Assembly (NCBI GenBank): GCA_965202585.1
Contig: OZ241832.1
Span: 46,190,001 to 46,254,000, forward strand
Reading direction: 5' to 3'
DNA from: Thalia democratica
Lineage: Eukaryota
Length of the DNA stretch: 64,000 nucleotides
A program made the translations under genes and the position numbers. Positions within the stretch are counted from its first letter, which is position 1. Each line of letters starts with the position of its first letter. The notes under the pieces were generated by a model. The model ran no database searches. It was not told where the DNA came from and saw only the letters and a list, made by a program, of their open reading frames with translations. Positions 10,801 through 27,012 of the stretch are shown here, in pieces.

Positions 10801-13800
10801 TTCTTTTTGAGCTGTTGTATGTTGGATCAATGATTCATACCGATCATATACATTTTTCGTTTATCTTAAACTTATCTTACTTTAAAAAAACATAACTTAA
10901 AACAAACAGTTACAGCAGTTTTGAGTCATCAAGTTGTGTCATACATAGTGTTCAATTGAGTTACAAAGCTGTATACTTCTTTTCCTTTGCATAACGTTTC
11001 AGCTGTTAGTATTTTTATGTATTGATGTTTTTATTTGAAAAATCCATAAGCTACTAAGTTCAAAAAAAAAGTCTAGGGTTTGTAAAACGAAAGATTTAAT
11101 GATGGTTGTACTGAAACTGTATGCTTTTGATTGTCTTTTTTTTGTTTTGAACAATCAAAGTTGTTTACATTTATTTGTTGTATAACTTTGAAACTGTTTT
11201 TTATGTTAAGTTTTAAATTGAATTTCAACAAACATGATTAATATAGCTTTTTTAATTAAACCTCAAATGATCGAGTACTTTAATAATAATACAAAGTTTA
11301 TTTAAAGTATAAAATAAAAACTAACTGTTTTATTTTCATTTCAAAATATAATCGTTACTTATAGTGACGTAGGACAAATTTTTAAAAACAAACTAAGTAG
11401 TTATTTAATGAAAAAAAACAAGTATACAAAGTAAGCGTATATGAGAATAAGTTTTGTGCAAATAAAGAAGTTTTTAAGAAAAAGCCTACGGACAACACAC
11501 TGAAGTTAGTTGAAGCTTTTTATGAAACATTCAATTATAACTTATTCATAGAACTTGTTCAACGATTTAAACAATACTTTTAAAACATAACTAGCTCCTT
11601 TCTCAAAGTAGTTGAAAATGGTCAGATAAAATTACAAAAGCAATTATAAGGAGCTCAAAAAGCGTTATGTAGAAGTAAAATGTTTCATTCAACTAGCTCT
11701 AACTCTTACTTTTGATCTTTTACCAGCACAAAGTTGTTAAAATTGTACACATATTTTGTTTAGTTAATGGTAGTTTAATACTGCTTAGTAGACATTAAAA
11801 GCTAGTTAAACAAATAGGTAGATTACCATAGATTTATAAAAAAGCATAGTAAAAAAAAAACTGTTAAAGCCGTTTTAAGCTATCAAATTTTATTATATGT
11901 GGCTTAGATAAGTGATATGTACCATGAAAAAGTGATAGAATTAAATGGTAACATCCTGTTACTTCTTTTGTACCAATTGATTTAGTTTGATTTAAATGTT
12001 GATGCTTTAACTTGATAAAGCTATAAGCAATGTTAAATCAATTAAACAATGCAATCTTTTTAAAGTTAAAGACTCGAATTGTTCTTTTTTGTTCATGTTG
12101 TAATAAGTTGTATACTTGTTGATGTTGTTTTTTGCTTATGTTTTTTATGAGTTTTAAATTGCAATGCATGTTTTCAATTGTGTTTTAGTTGAAGTCTGAA
12201 GTTTTCTGAAACAAGATCAAATAAAGCTGTGAACAATTTGAGTTCAATAAAACAGTTTTAAGCTTTGTAAAAAGATTTTGGTCGTGTTACTTCATGATTG
12301 TTGTACTGAGATCGCAAGTTTGTTAATGGTTTTCATTTTGACTTGAACATCAACTGTTGTTTACACATGTATATTTTACAACTCTAAACTGTTTTATATA
12401 GTTTGAAATACATGCAATAAATAGTAATAAAAAATTCTAGAAGCTATTGATGAGATTTTTTTTAATAATAAACAAAGTTAAGCTTATTTTGTTACAATTT
12501 AATGTATTATTTTCATTTAAAAATATAACATTTTTTTACGATGACGTAGAATTTTTATTTTAGATAAACTAAATATTTGTTAGATATTGCAAAAAGAAGT
12601 AAACAAAGTAAGCATAGTGGGAATAAGTATTGTTTAAAAAAAGAACTTAACGAGAAAATCCTATGGACACAAAAATCAAGTTAGTTAAAAAAGTTTAATT
12701 ATATGTAGCGTAAGAGACTTAAGCGATGCTTTTTAATTGCAACTAGCTCCATCCTCACAAGTAGTTTAAAATGTCATGTAAGAGAACCAAAACAATTGTA
12801 AGTACAACAAAGTGACTAAAAAATAAAACATAAAAGTAAAACTTTAAGTAAAGTGTGTTATACAAACATTCTATATGACCTTTTACCTTGCTTTTGGGCT
12901 TTCACCAGCACAAGGAACATTAAGTTTGGTACATTTTTGTCGTTTAGTTAGAGATTGTTTAACACTGCTTAGTGGGCATTAGTAAGTGGTTAAATTAAGT
13001 GGTGGTCCTGATAACTTTACATTTATAACAAAAATAACTAATGACAAACTGTTTAAGTCGTTTTAAGTCATCAAGTTGTCTCACATGTAGTTGTAACAAG
13101 TAACACAAATGAATGGTAAGAAGCTGTTACTTCTTTTCCTGTGTACCATGTTTCAGCTAATGAATTGGTTTGTTTCATATGTTTGAATAGTTAAGCAACC
13201 TAATAAAAAGATGTCGTCTTTGGAAAATTATAGTTTTAGGTATATACTTTCATCATTTATTTAAGCTGTTTTTGTTTTGGTCAATTGTGTGCTTGTTGAT
13301 AGTATTATGTTTCTTTTGAACAATCGATGTTGTTTACATTTATGTATTGTAATGTATGAATTTTGAATAGCTATGCATGTTTTTGATTGTAATTGAACAA
13401 TACTTTTTATGGAACGTTAACATTTTTTTTTTGTTATTAACAGTTGAAAACATTTTCTATTAATATTTCAGTGAAGTTTTATTGTTATTATTTTCATTAA
13501 AAAATATAACTAGTTTTTACAGTGACGTAGCATAACTTTACTTTAATAAACTAAAAAACAAATAATTATTGAATGATAAACGAACAAAAGTCCACAAAGT
13601 AAGCATGAATAAGAATGAGTTCCTTGATTAAATGAGATAACAAGAAAAAGACCACGAAAAACACGTTCAAGTTAGTTAAAGATTTTCACTAAGCATTCAA
13701 GTACCTTAAGCAATGAGTTAAGGGTTAGAGCAGTGATCACACTAGTTTCCTTCGTAAAAGTTACATCAAAAACAAAGTAAAAGTGGAGAAATCATAGCAA

Positions 13801-15653
13801 GCTTAACTATTTAATTAACAATGGAAAGCGATAAAATATAAATTTAAAGTGAGATGTGGTGTTCTTGGATCGTTTATAAGCATAAAGTGGATTAAGAATG
13901 AAATTGTGTGAGTTTAGTAGACATTAGCAGCTTGTATAACTGATTGGTGGTGCACGTAAGCTTTAGACTTATGGAAAGAATGATTACAGTAGTTTTTATT
14001 TGTGTCATGTACAGCCTAAAAACGAGATACAAAAAATGGTAACAACTTTTTTTCTTTGTATCATGTTTTTATGTGTAGTTGTTTTTATTTGATAAAGCCA
14101 CTAACAATTTGAGTTGAACACAACAATCCTAAGGTTAATACAAATATTTCAACAGTACTGTTAAATTGTTGTTATACTTAAATTGAATGTTTGTTTGAAA
14201 AAACGCTGTTTTACATAAATGAATTGTACAACTTTTAATAACTTTTTAACGGTTTCAGTTGCATTCTTATTAACAAGATTAATACATTTTGAAAATAAAA
14301 TCCAAGTTTAGTTGCTGTAATTGAGTCAAGTAAGTATATATTATTGCAAAGTTAAGTTTTTCTCTCATTGTAATTGAAAGTATTATTTTCATTCAAACTT
14401 TTATTTTTACTTTTACGTGACATAGCACTATTTCTTTTAATAAACAAAATTCAAATTTTTTTAAATGTTTGAAAAACAAGTCCACAAAGTAAAATGAATC
14501 AAAACAAGTTTTGTTTAAACAAGAAAATGCCTATGGAAATTTTTACCTAACACTTAGATACTAAATATTATTCCACAGTTTAAGCAATGATTTCAAACAT
14601 AACTAGCTCTTTCTCAAAAAGAGTTTCATCAAGTAAAAGTTAAAAAAAAACTATAGTAAGTTTAACTAAGTGGTAAGACAGGAAAACAGGGATATTATCA
14701 CTCATAAGTAAACTGTATTATCCAAGTATACTAACTGTTAATCCACCAACACAATGTAGATTAAGGTTTGTACATTTTGTCGTTTTATTAAGGCTTGTTT
14801 GACACAGTTTAGAGACTCTAGTAGCTGGTTAAATCAATTGGTTGTCCTGATTACTTTAGATTTAAGGCAAATATAAACTAAACTAAAGCATTATAGTTGT
14901 TTTAGGTCATCAAGTTGTATCATATCTAGTTTTTACCTTAAAATATATGAAACAAGTGGTACAAGCTGTTACTTTTTTTCTTTTGTACCATGTTTCAGCT
15001 AATGAATTGACTTGTTTCAGATGGTGGCGTTTTAACTTGACAATATATCTAAACAAGCTAAGTTTATGTTAGCTTTGTAAGAAAGAATAATTAACTGTAC
15101 TTGAAAATCACACTTGTTGTTTTTGTTCTGAACTTTTACTTCCATTTTTGTACTTTCAAAAACGTGTTCCACGGTTTCAATCGCATTCAAAATGTTAAGA
15201 AGAACACACTTGAAAAGTTATAGCTCATTGTGTTACTTACAAACAACAAAAACTTAAAAAGATAATTTAAGTTGTTTTTTTTTTGTTATAAGTTGAACAT
15301 AAAGTTTTTTTAAAAACGAATACACTTACTTACTGAATGTTTTAACAGAAGTTCAACAAATGAATAAGAAGTAGTTTTCTTTATAAAAAATGTTAAGAAG
15401 AAAATAACTTACGGACAATATATTCAAGTTAGTTAAACCTTTTTTGCAAATATTTTTATTGCTACTACTATTTTTTTCATGTTAGATTTATTCCATAATG
15501 TAAGAGTTGAGTAGGACAAAATAGTTTGTCTTTTTATTTGTATAAATATCAATATGTTGGTATTACTGTTAAAGCAAATTTTACTTACAAGTAGTTATCT
15601 AATAGCTGGTTTTATTCAAATGGTGGTCCTAAAAAGGACCGGTTGTTGAGCAT

Positions 15654-16013
15654 TTATTTTGAGCTGGTGTATTTGGTAACAGCTTTAGTTCCTTCTGAAA
15701 CTGCGTGCTTTGACAACTCGCCGGGGAGCAAGAGCCTGACAGCAGTTTGAATTTCGCGGCTGCTCACAGTTGACCTCTTGTTGTAATGAGCCAAACGTGA
15801 AGCCTCTGCTGCAATGCGCTCGAAGATGTCGTTGACAAAAGAGTTCATGATTCCCATCGCCTTGCTGGAGATTCCGGTGTCGGGATGCACTTGCTTCAAA
15901 ACTTTGTACACGTAAATGCCAAAGCTTTGTTTGTGCCTCCTCCTTCGCTTCTTCTTGCCGTCGACCGGAGTGGTCTTGGCTACTGATTTCTTCGCGCCTT
16001 TGGTAGCTGTCAT
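15654..16013 (-). CDS. H2B: Histone H2B (U2), 119 aa
   Basis: MTATKGAKK...[20 protein letters not shown]...KYTSSK; stem-loop downstream. Confidence 0.98.
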   Translation of the reverse strand: MTATKGAKKSVAKTTPVDGKKKRRRRHKQSFGIYVYKVLKQVHPDTGISSKAMGIMNSFVNDIFERIAAEASRLAHYNKRSTVSSREIQTAVRLLLPGELSKHAVSEGTKAVTKYTSSK

Positions 16014-16155
16014 AATGATGAGTGAACTTGAGTCTCGGCGCTGGTATATATACTGAAAATTTATGCAAATTAGCAGTTCTGTACGCGAACGACCGCTTCT
16101 CTCGTTTGTCGTAAATGTTTTAGGTGGTCCTGAAAAGGACCTGGTTTGTTTAAAC

Positions 16156-16536
16156 TTAGGCGGACTTTTTTGAAGCGGTCTTCTTAGGCAATAATACTGC
16201 CTGGATGTTTGGAAGAACACCACCTTGAGCAATAGTGACGCCTCCGAGAAGTTTGTTCAACTCTTCGTCGTTGCGGATAGCTAGTTGCAAATGGCGAGGA
16301 ATGATCCTGCTTTTCTTGTTGTCACGAGCAGCGTTACCGGCAAGCTCGAGCACTTCTGCGCTCAAGTACTCGAGAACGGCAGCCAGATAAACTGGAGCAC
16401 CGGCTCCGACTCTTTGGCTGTAGTTGCCAGTGCGCAACAGACGGTGCACGCGACCGACTGGAAACTGCAGTCCTGCACGAGAAGACCTGCTCTTCGGCTT
16501 AGATTTGAGTTTTGATCCTTTACCACGTCCCGACAT
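16156..16536 (-). CDS. H2A: Histone H2A (U2)
   Basis: Intact 126-aa ORF. Confidence 0.98.
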   Translation of the reverse strand: MSGRGKGSKLKSKPKSRSSRAGLQFPVGRVHRLLRTGNYSQRVGAGAPVYLAAVLEYLSAEVLELAGNAARDNKKSRIIPRHLQLAIRNDEELNKLLGGVTIAQGGVLPNIQAVLLPKKTASKKSA

Positions 16537-16719
16537 GCTGTTGTTCGAATGATTGTGCAATGTTACTTGCACAGCTACATATACAACTCAAACCAACCTA
16601 ACCGCGACGAACGAAAAGCTAATTTGCATAAATCGTAGCTGCTACTTTAATTTGTCAATGGTTGCAAAATACATTTTATTGATATAGGTGGTCCTAAAAA
16701 GGACCGGTTCGCTAATTGT

Positions 16720-17094
<375 letters not shown>

Positions 17095-17209
17095 TTACGA
17101 CAAAACTCATTTGCATACCAAAAAGAAACATCTTTAATTTACATTATTTCGTTTGGTTTTTGTCTCATTTTCAAAGGTGGTCCTGGAAAGGACCGGTTTT
17201 AGCCAATTC

Positions 17210-17722
<513 letters not shown>

Positions 17723-17803
17723 TTAGTAACACTGTTTACGTTTTAAATTTTGTTTATACTTTAATTGAGTGGTCCTGAAAAGGACCTTGGGTAAAAGAAC
17801 AAC

Positions 17804-18387
17804 TTATTTCTTGCAGCTCTTCTTGGTACTTGCCTTCTTAGATGCTTTTTTGGCTGCCGGCTTCTTCTTTGTTACTTTCTTCTTCTTGCTTGCAGCTTTT
17901 TTAGACGCTGCCTTCTTAGGAGCACACTTTTTAGCAGGTCGCTTTTTGGCTGCTGGTTTTTTTGCTGCCTTCTTGGGAGCACACTTCTTCACTCGTTTTT
18001 TAGCTGCGGTCTTCTTTACTGCTGGCTTTTTAGCTACTTTTTTTGTCCTCTTCTTGGGACCAGCAGCTGGCATTGGAGCAAGCTTGAACGAGCCAGAAGC
18101 GCCTTTTCCAGTAGTCTGGAGAAAAGCACCCTTGGTCACGCCGCTGGTAAGTGCTCTCTTCAAGTGAGAATTAGAAGCTGAGAGCTCAAGCTTGTGATTT
18201 CCGCGATAAACTTTTGTATCTTCTGGCGGGATGTACCTTTTCGTTCTTTCATTGCTCCCAGGGCAGAGCTGATCATTTCCCTGTAAGTCGGGTGTTCTGC
18301 CTTCTTGGCGCTTGGTCTCTTGGAAGACCTGGCCTTAACTGCGGCCGGTGCCGCTGCTGATGGTGCTGCTACTGCTGTTGTAGACAT
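17804..18387 (-). pseudogene. H1: Histone H1, frameshifted (U2)
   Basis: CTTGTGATTTCC instead of CTTGTAGGTTTCC at ~18196 (net -1 nt); the ORF stops at 75 aa inside the globular domain. Confidence 0.85.
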
Positions 18388-20576
18388 TTTGTATGTTGAT
18401 TAAAGAAAGCAAAACAATACTTTCAGCAGTTACAGCCTGTGACGAATTGACTGTTGAGCAGTTTTGCTTTCTCAGGTACCTTTTACTGATTATACGAGCA
18501 TTAGCGTGTGAGTTTAAAGCCTGTATGCTAATAAAAGCAAAGTTGCTTTACTACTAATGTTAAAAATGTTCCAGTGATAAAGAAACAAGACTTAGCCCGA
18601 TCCAGAAGTGAATTTTTTTTTAAAGGTTAGCTTTAAAAGTCCAGAAAAACAGTCTAAATGCTACAGCACATCTCTCCATTTAGTGAGATAAACCACAAAT
18701 GAAACAAATTATACTACTACACACCCGACTTAGTTTTCTTAAGCTGAAAGGTTAAAGTAGTAAAGTTTTAGACAAGGACAAGTGTTTTTTTTCATCTAAA
18801 GCTCAAGCAAAGTTTTATTATTTTATTTCCAGCCAGCTTTGTTAACCGTAAAACCCATGAAGTATGTTTAACTTGATTACATTTTAAACTGTGCTGATTT
18901 GTAAAAAAAAACCGAAAAATGCACAAGTATTCGTTTTGTGTGATTTTACTAGTTATCATTACCTTAAATTTACTCATAATAAAAAGGGTAGTACTAAAAA
19001 AATTAATTACACCATCTAATTCAATTTAACTACTTAAGTTTTAAGTTTGTTCTTGCACATACTAGTCACTTACCTTCTCAAAAACGCGCTGAACATATAA
19101 AAAGTTACAAACACATCAAAAGTTACAAACAAAAGTTTAAAAGCAAGTAGGTTTATTTTAAAAAGTGCCAATAAGTTTATGTAAAAAGAAAGTAGTTACA
19201 CAGTTAAAAGTATTTAAAATAACTTTTCAAACTGTTTGTTTTAGTTTTTCAACAACGTTTTATCTGTTATACTCGAAACTGAACTAAGACTTTTCTTTGC
19301 AGATTTTACAAATAGATTTGATCGTAACTTTCCAAAACAAGATAAAACTGTTTACATTTAAATAAACATCAGTACTGTTCAAAGAATTTTTGCAAGACCA
19401 AAATATCAATACGAAGTTATTAAAAAGTTTCTTATCAATGCTTATTACGAGAAGAAAAGTCTTACGTAAAAAAAGATGTTAGGCTTATTTTTAAAGCAGT
19501 ATTAAAAAAGAAGCGTTCCTAAACAAAAAAAAGTTAAAAAATCAAACAGTATTGAAGCAATAATCTTTCAAAACTTATTTGAAAACCTTAATGTTTAGAT
19601 AAACTTTCGTGTACAATCAGTACTTAAAAGGTTGCAATGTGTTTAACAAAGTAAATGTTTTTTAGAGTAATACAGTTAAAGTTTATTATTCCAAAGTTTG
19701 TTTCGTCATTTCAAAACTAGATAAAACAAATTGAAACACCTTCACTACATATTTTGAAGCATCGTCAACTGATCAAAGAAACAAAACTACAATTCGAGTA
19801 AAATAAAAATGACTTGACCAAATAATGAAGCAGTATGATCGAAGAAGTGTATACGTTTTAAGTTAAAGTATGTTTAACTCAATTACAACTGCTCAACTAC
19901 TAAAAGTAGCTTCTAAGTGTACTAAAAACTAGATTCATCGCAATGTTCTGCACAATGTAGGCAGTTGACTAAATGTTTTGCTATGATTAATTCTAAAAAG
20001 ATTGTTAAACCATTACTAGTTATCTCTGACTTGGTATTAATGTTAATCCAAGCTCATTATAAACAAGTTATCTTTTGTTCTCAGGTGTTTCGAACACTTC
20101 TGTTGTAACAACAGCATTTGAGTTTGTAAAAACATGACCAATATGTTTTAGTTATTGCTTTGTCTTTTAATTTATGATCTTTTCTTATCTCAAACATGTA
20201 CATTGCTTAATCACTTATACTATCGTAGAACTTGTACAAACAAACTTAAGTAGTGTTAAACTACATATGCTTTTTAGTTTAGCTAATTAGTTATTTTGTA
20301 TGTAGTATAAAACTAGTTAATTTCTGTCTTATAATGTTGCTATGTCGTTACACTGTAATGATATTGTGTACTCCTCTAACAACTAAAAATCAAAGCTGAA
20401 TAGTTTTATGAAGCTTGAAGCTAAGAAAAAAATGTGAAAAGTAAAGACTAGAAAGGCTTAATTTATTTTAATTAGTTAGAACAAAGTGGGCTCTAAACAT
20501 AAGAAACACTTAAGCTAACATTCTACAAGTTTCAGACAGCTTATTTGTTTATGATCGCTTTTTTTTGCTGCTAGAC

Positions 20577-20687
20577 GCCTTCGACCATACCACACTGAAC
20601 GCACCCCATCTCGTCCGATCTGGGAAGTTAAGCAGTGTCTTAGTACTTGATGGGTGACCGCTTGGGAATACCGCGTGCCGTAGGCTT
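20577..20687 (+). rRNA. 5S: 5S rRNA-like gene, internally deleted (U3; A5T)
   Basis: Same sequence, starting GCCTTCGACC. Confidence 0.92.
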
Positions 20688-23600
20688 TTCTTTTTGAGCT
20701 GTTGTATGTTGGATCAATGATTCATACCGATCATATACATTTTTCGTTTATCTTAAACTTATCTTACTTTAAAAAAACATAACTTAAAACAAACAGTTAC
20801 AGCAGTTTTGAGTCATCAAGTGTGTCATACATAGTGTTCAATTGAGTTACAAAGCTGTATACTTCTTTTCCTTTGCATAACGTTTCAGCTGTTAGTATTT
20901 TTATGTATTGATGTTTTTATTTGAAAAATCCATAAGCTACTATGTTCAAAAAAAAAGTCTAGGGTTTGTAAAACGAAAGATTTAATGATGGTTGTACTGA
21001 AACTGTATGCTTTTGATTGTCTTTTTTTTGTTTTGAACAATCACAGTTGTTTACATTTATTTGTTGTATAACTTTGAAACTGTTTTTTATGTTAAGTTTT
21101 AAATTGAATTTCAACAAACATGATTAATATAGCTTTTTTAATTAAACCTCAAATGATCGAGTACTTTAATAATAATACAAAGTTTATTTAAAGTATAAAA
21201 TAAAAACTAACTGTTTTATTTTCATTTCAAAATATAATCGTTACTTATAGTGACGTAGGACAAATTTTTAAAAACAAACTAAGTAGTTATTTAATGAAAA
21301 AAAAACAAGTATACAAAGTAAGCGTATATGAGAATAAGTTTTGTGCAAATAAAGAAGTTTTTAAGAAAAAGCCTACGGACAACACACTGAAGTTAGTTGA
21401 AGCTTTTTATGAAACATTCAATTATAACTTATTCATAGAACTTGTTCAACGATTTAAACAATACTTTTAAAACATAACTAGCTCCTTTCTCAAAGTAGTT
21501 GAAAATGGTCAGATAAAATTACAAAAGCAATTATAAGGAGCTCAAAAAGCGTTATGTAGAAGTAAAATGTTTCATTCAACTAGCTCTAACTCTTACTTTT
21601 GATCTTTTACCAGCACAAAGTTGTTAAAATTGTACACATATTTTGTTTAGTTAATGGTAGTTTAATACTGCTTAGTAGACATTAAAAGCTAGTTAAACAA
21701 ATAGGTAGATTACCATAGATTTATAAAAAAGCATAGTAAAAAAAAAACTGTTAAAGCCGTTTTAAGCTATCAAATTTTATTATATGTGGCTTAGATAAGT
21801 GATATGTACCATGAAAAAGTGATAGAATTAAATGATAACATCCTGTTACTTCTTTTGTACCAATTGATTTAGTTTGATTTAAATGTTGATGCTTTAACTT
21901 GATAAAGCTATAAGCAATGTTAAATCAATTAAACAATGCAATTTTTTTAAAGTTAAAGACTCGAATTGTTCTTTTTTGTTCATGTTGTATACTTGTTGAT
22001 GTTGTTTTTTGCTTATGTTTTTTATGAGTTTTAAATTGCAATGCATGTTTTCAATTGTGTTTTAGTTGAAGTTTGAAGTTTTCTGAAACAAGATCAAATA
22101 AAGCTGTGAACAATTTGAGTTCAATAAAACAGTTTTAAGCTTTGTAAAAAGATTTTGGTCGTGTTACTTCATGATTGTTGTACTGAGATCGCAAGTTTGT
22201 TAATGGTTTTCATTTTGACTTGAACATCTACTGTTGTTTACACATGTATATTTTACAACTCTAAAGTGTTTTATATAGTTTGAAATACATGCAATAAATA
22301 GTAATAAAAAATTCTAGAAGCTATTGATGAGATTTTTTTATAATAAACAAACTTAAGCTTATTTTGTTACAATTTAATGTATTATTTTCATTTAAAAATA
22401 TAACATTTTTTTACGATGACGTAGAATTTTTTTTTTTAGATAAACTAAATATTTGTTAGATATTGCAAAAAGAAGTAAACAAAGTAAGCATAGTGGGAAT
22501 AAGTATTGTTTGAAAAAATAACTTAACGAGAAAATCCTATGGACACAAAAATCAAGTTAGTTAATGCTTTTTGCAAAAGTTTAATTACATGTAGCGTAAG
22601 AGACTTAAGCGATGCATTTTAATTGCAACTAGCTCCATCCTCACAAGTAGTTTAAAATGTCATGTAAGAGAACCAAAACAATTGTAAGTACAACAAAGTG
22701 ACTAAAAAATAAAACATAAAAGTAAAACTTTAAGTAAAGTGTGTTATACAAACATTCTATATGAACTTTTACCTTGCTTTTGGGCTTTCACCAGCACAAG
22801 GAACATTAAGTTTGGTACATTTTTGTCGTTTAGTTAGAGATTGTTTAACACTGCTTAGTGGGCATTAGTAAACAGTTAAATTAAGTGGTTGTCCTGATAA
22901 CTTTACATTTATAACAAAAACTACTAATGACAAACTGTTTAAGTCGTTTTAAGTCATCAAGTTGTCTCACATGTAGTTGTAACAAGTAACACAAATGAAT
23001 GGTAAGAAGCTGTTACTTCTTTTCCTGTGTACCATGTTTCAGCTAATGAATTGGTTTGTTTCATATGTTTGAATAGTTAAGCAACCTAATAAATAGAAGT
23101 CGTCTTTGGAAAATTATAGTTTTAGGTATATACTTTCATCATTTATTTAAGCTGTTTTTGTTTAGGTCAATTGTGTGCTTGTTGATAGTATTATGTTTCT
23201 TTTGAACAATCGATGTTGTTTACATTTATGTATTGTAATGTATGAATTTTGAATAGCTATGCATGTTTTTGATTGTAATTGAACAATACTTTTATGGAAC
23301 GTTAACATTTTTTTTTTGTTGTTAACAGTTGAAAACATTTTCTATTAATATTTCAGTGAAGTTTTATTGTTATTATTTTCATTAAAAAATATAACTAGTT
23401 TTTACAGTGACGTAGCATAACTTTACTTTAATAAACTAAAAAACAAATAATTATTGAATGATAAACGAACAAAAGTCCACAAAATAAGCATGAATAAGAA
23501 TGAGTTCCTTGATTAAATGAGATAACAAGAAAAAGACCACGAAAAACACGTTCAAGTTAGTTAAAGATTTTCACTAAGCATTCAAGTACCTTAAGCAATG

Positions 23601-24896
23601 AGTTAAGGATTAGAGCAGTGATCACACTAGTTTCCTTCGTAAAAGTTACATCAAAAACAAAGTAAAAGTGGAGAAATCATAGCAAGCTTAACTATTTAAC
23701 TAACAATGGAAAGCGATAAAATATAAATTTAAAGTGAGATGTGGTGTTCTTGGATCGTTTATAAGCATAAAGTGGATTAAGAATGAAATTGTGTGAGTTT
23801 AGTAGACATTAGCAGCTTGTATAACTGATTGGTGGTGCACGTAAGCTTTAGACTTATGGAAAGAATGATTACAGTAGTTTTTATTTGTGTCATGTACAGC
23901 CTAAAAACGAGATACAAAAAATGGTAACAACTTTTTTTCTTTGTATCATGTTTTTATGTGTAGTTGTTTTTATTTGATAAAGCCACTAACAATTTGAGTT
24001 GAACACACCATCCTAAGGTTAATACAAATATTTCAACAGTACTGTTAAATTGTTGTTATACTTAAATTGAATGTTTGTTTGAAAAAACGCTGTTTTTTAC
24101 ATAAATGAATTGTACAACTTTTAATAACTTTTTAACGGTTTCAGTTGCATTCTTATTAACAAGATTAATACATTTTGAAAATAAAATCCAAGTTTAGTTG
24201 CTGTAATTGAGTCAAGTAAGTATATATTATTGCAAAGTTAAGTTTTTCTCTCATTGTAATTGAATGTATTATTTTCATTCAAACTTTTATTTTTACTTTT
24301 AAGTGACATAGCACTATTTCTTTTAATAAACAAAATTCAAATTTTTTTAAATGTTTGAAAAACAAGTCCACAAAGTAGAATGAATCATTTTTGTACTTTC
24401 AAAAACGTGTTCCACGGTTTCAATCGCATTCAAAATGTTAAGAAGAACACACTTGAAAAGTTATAGCTCATTGTGTTACTTACAAACAACAAAAACTTAA
24501 AAAGATAATTTAAGTTGTTTTTTTTTTGTTATAAGTTGAACATAAAGTTTTTTTAAAAACGAATACACTTACTTACTGAATGTTTTAACAGAAGTTCAAC
24601 AAATGAATAAGAAGTAGTTTTCTTTATAAAAAATGTTAAGAAGAAAATAACTTACGGACAATATATTCAAGTTAGTTAAACCTTTTTTGCAAATATTTTT
24701 GTTGCTACTACTATTTTTTTCATGTTAGATTTATTCCATAATGTAAGAGTAGAGTAGGACAAAATAGTTTGTCTTTTTATTTGTATAAATATCAATATGT
24801 TGGTATTACTGTTAAAGCAAATTTTACTTACAAGTAGTTATCTAATAGCTGGTTTTATTCAAATGGTGGTCCTAAAAAGGACCGGTTGTTGAGCAT

Positions 24897-25256
24897 TTAT
24901 TTTGAGCTGGTGTATTTGGTAACAGCTTTAGTTCCTTCTGAAACTGCGTGCTTTGACAACTCGCCGGGGAGCAAGAGCCTGACAGCAGTTTGAATTTCGC
25001 GGCTGCTCACAGTTGACCTCTTGTTGTAATGAGCCAAACGTGAAGCCTCTGCTGCAATGCGCTCGAAGATGTCGTTGACAAAAGAGTTCATGATTCCCAT
25101 CGCCTTGCTGGAGATTCCGGTGTCGGGGTGCACTTGCTTCAAAACTTTGTACACGTAAATGCCAAAGCTTTGTTTGTGCCTCCTCCTTCGCTTCTTCTTG
25201 CCGTCGACCGGAGTGGTCTTGGCTACTGATTTCTTCGCGCCTTTGGTAGCTGTCAT
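24897..25256 (-). CDS. H2B: Histone H2B (U3)
   Basis: Intact 119-aa ORF. Confidence 0.98.
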   Translation of the reverse strand: MTATKGAKKSVAKTTPVDGKKKRRRRHKQSFGIYVYKVLKQVHPDTGISSKAMGIMNSFVNDIFERIAAEASRLAHYNKRSTVSSREIQTAVRLLLPGELSKHAVSEGTKAVTKYTSSK

Positions 25257-25398
25257 AATGATGAGTGAACTTGAGTCTCGGCTCTGGTATATATACTGAA
25301 AATTTATGCAAATTAGCAGTTCTGTACGCGAACGACCGCTTCTCTCGTTTGTCGTAAATGTTTTAGGTGGTCCTGAAAAGGACCTGGGATGTTTAAAC

Positions 25399-25779
25399 TT
25401 AGGCGGACTTTTTTGAAGCGGTCTTCTTAGGCAATAATACTGCCTGGATGTTTGGAAGAACACCACCTTGAGCAATAGTGACGCCTCCGAGAAGTTTATT
25501 CAACTCTTCGTCGTTGCGGATAGCTAGTTGCAAATGGCGAGGAATGATCCTGCTTTTCTTGTTGTCACGAGCAGCGTTACCGGCAAGCTCGAGCACTTCT
25601 GCGCTCAAGTACTCGAGAACGGCAGCCAGATAAACTGGAGCACCAGCTCCGACTCTTTGGCTGTAGTTGCCAGTGCGCAACAGACGGTGCACGCGACCGA
25701 CTGGAAACTGCAGTCCTGCACGAGAAGACCTGCTCTTCGGCTTAGATTTGAGTTTTGATCCTTTACCACGTCCCGACAT
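25399..25779 (-). CDS. H2A: Histone H2A (U3)
   Basis: Intact 126-aa ORF. Confidence 0.98.
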   Translation of the reverse strand: MSGRGKGSKLKSKPKSRSSRAGLQFPVGRVHRLLRTGNYSQRVGAGAPVYLAAVLEYLSAEVLELAGNAARDNKKSRIIPRHLQLAIRNDEELNKLLGGVTIAQGGVLPNIQAVLLPKKTASKKSA

Positions 25780-25885
25780 GTTGTTGTTCGAATGATTGTG
25801 CAATGTTACTTGCACAGCTGCATATACAACTCAAACCTAACCGCGACGAACGAAAAGCTAATTTGCATAAATCGTAGCTGCTACT

Positions 25886-26296
<411 letters not shown>

Positions 26297-26418
26297 TTAC
26301 GACAAAACTCATTTGCATACCAAAAAGAAACATCTTTAATTTACATTATTTCGTTTGGTTTTTGTCTCATTTTCAAAGTTTAAAGGTGGTCCTGAAAAGG
26401 ACCGGTTTTAGCCAATTC

Positions 26419-26931
<513 letters not shown>

Positions 26932-27012
26932 TTAGTAACACTGTTTACGTTTTAAATTTTGTTTATACTTTAATTGAGTGGTCCTGAAAAGGACCTTGGG
27001 TAAAAGAACAAC

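Noticed and set aside
15654-16232. N-terminally extended histone ORFs in the track (192-aa H2B, 167-aa H3, 138/144-aa H2A)
   Set aside because: The extensions start upstream of or across the TATA box (the H3 one starts in the octamer ATG; the H2B one runs through the H2A stem-loop), so they are not in the mRNA; the true ATGs were used.
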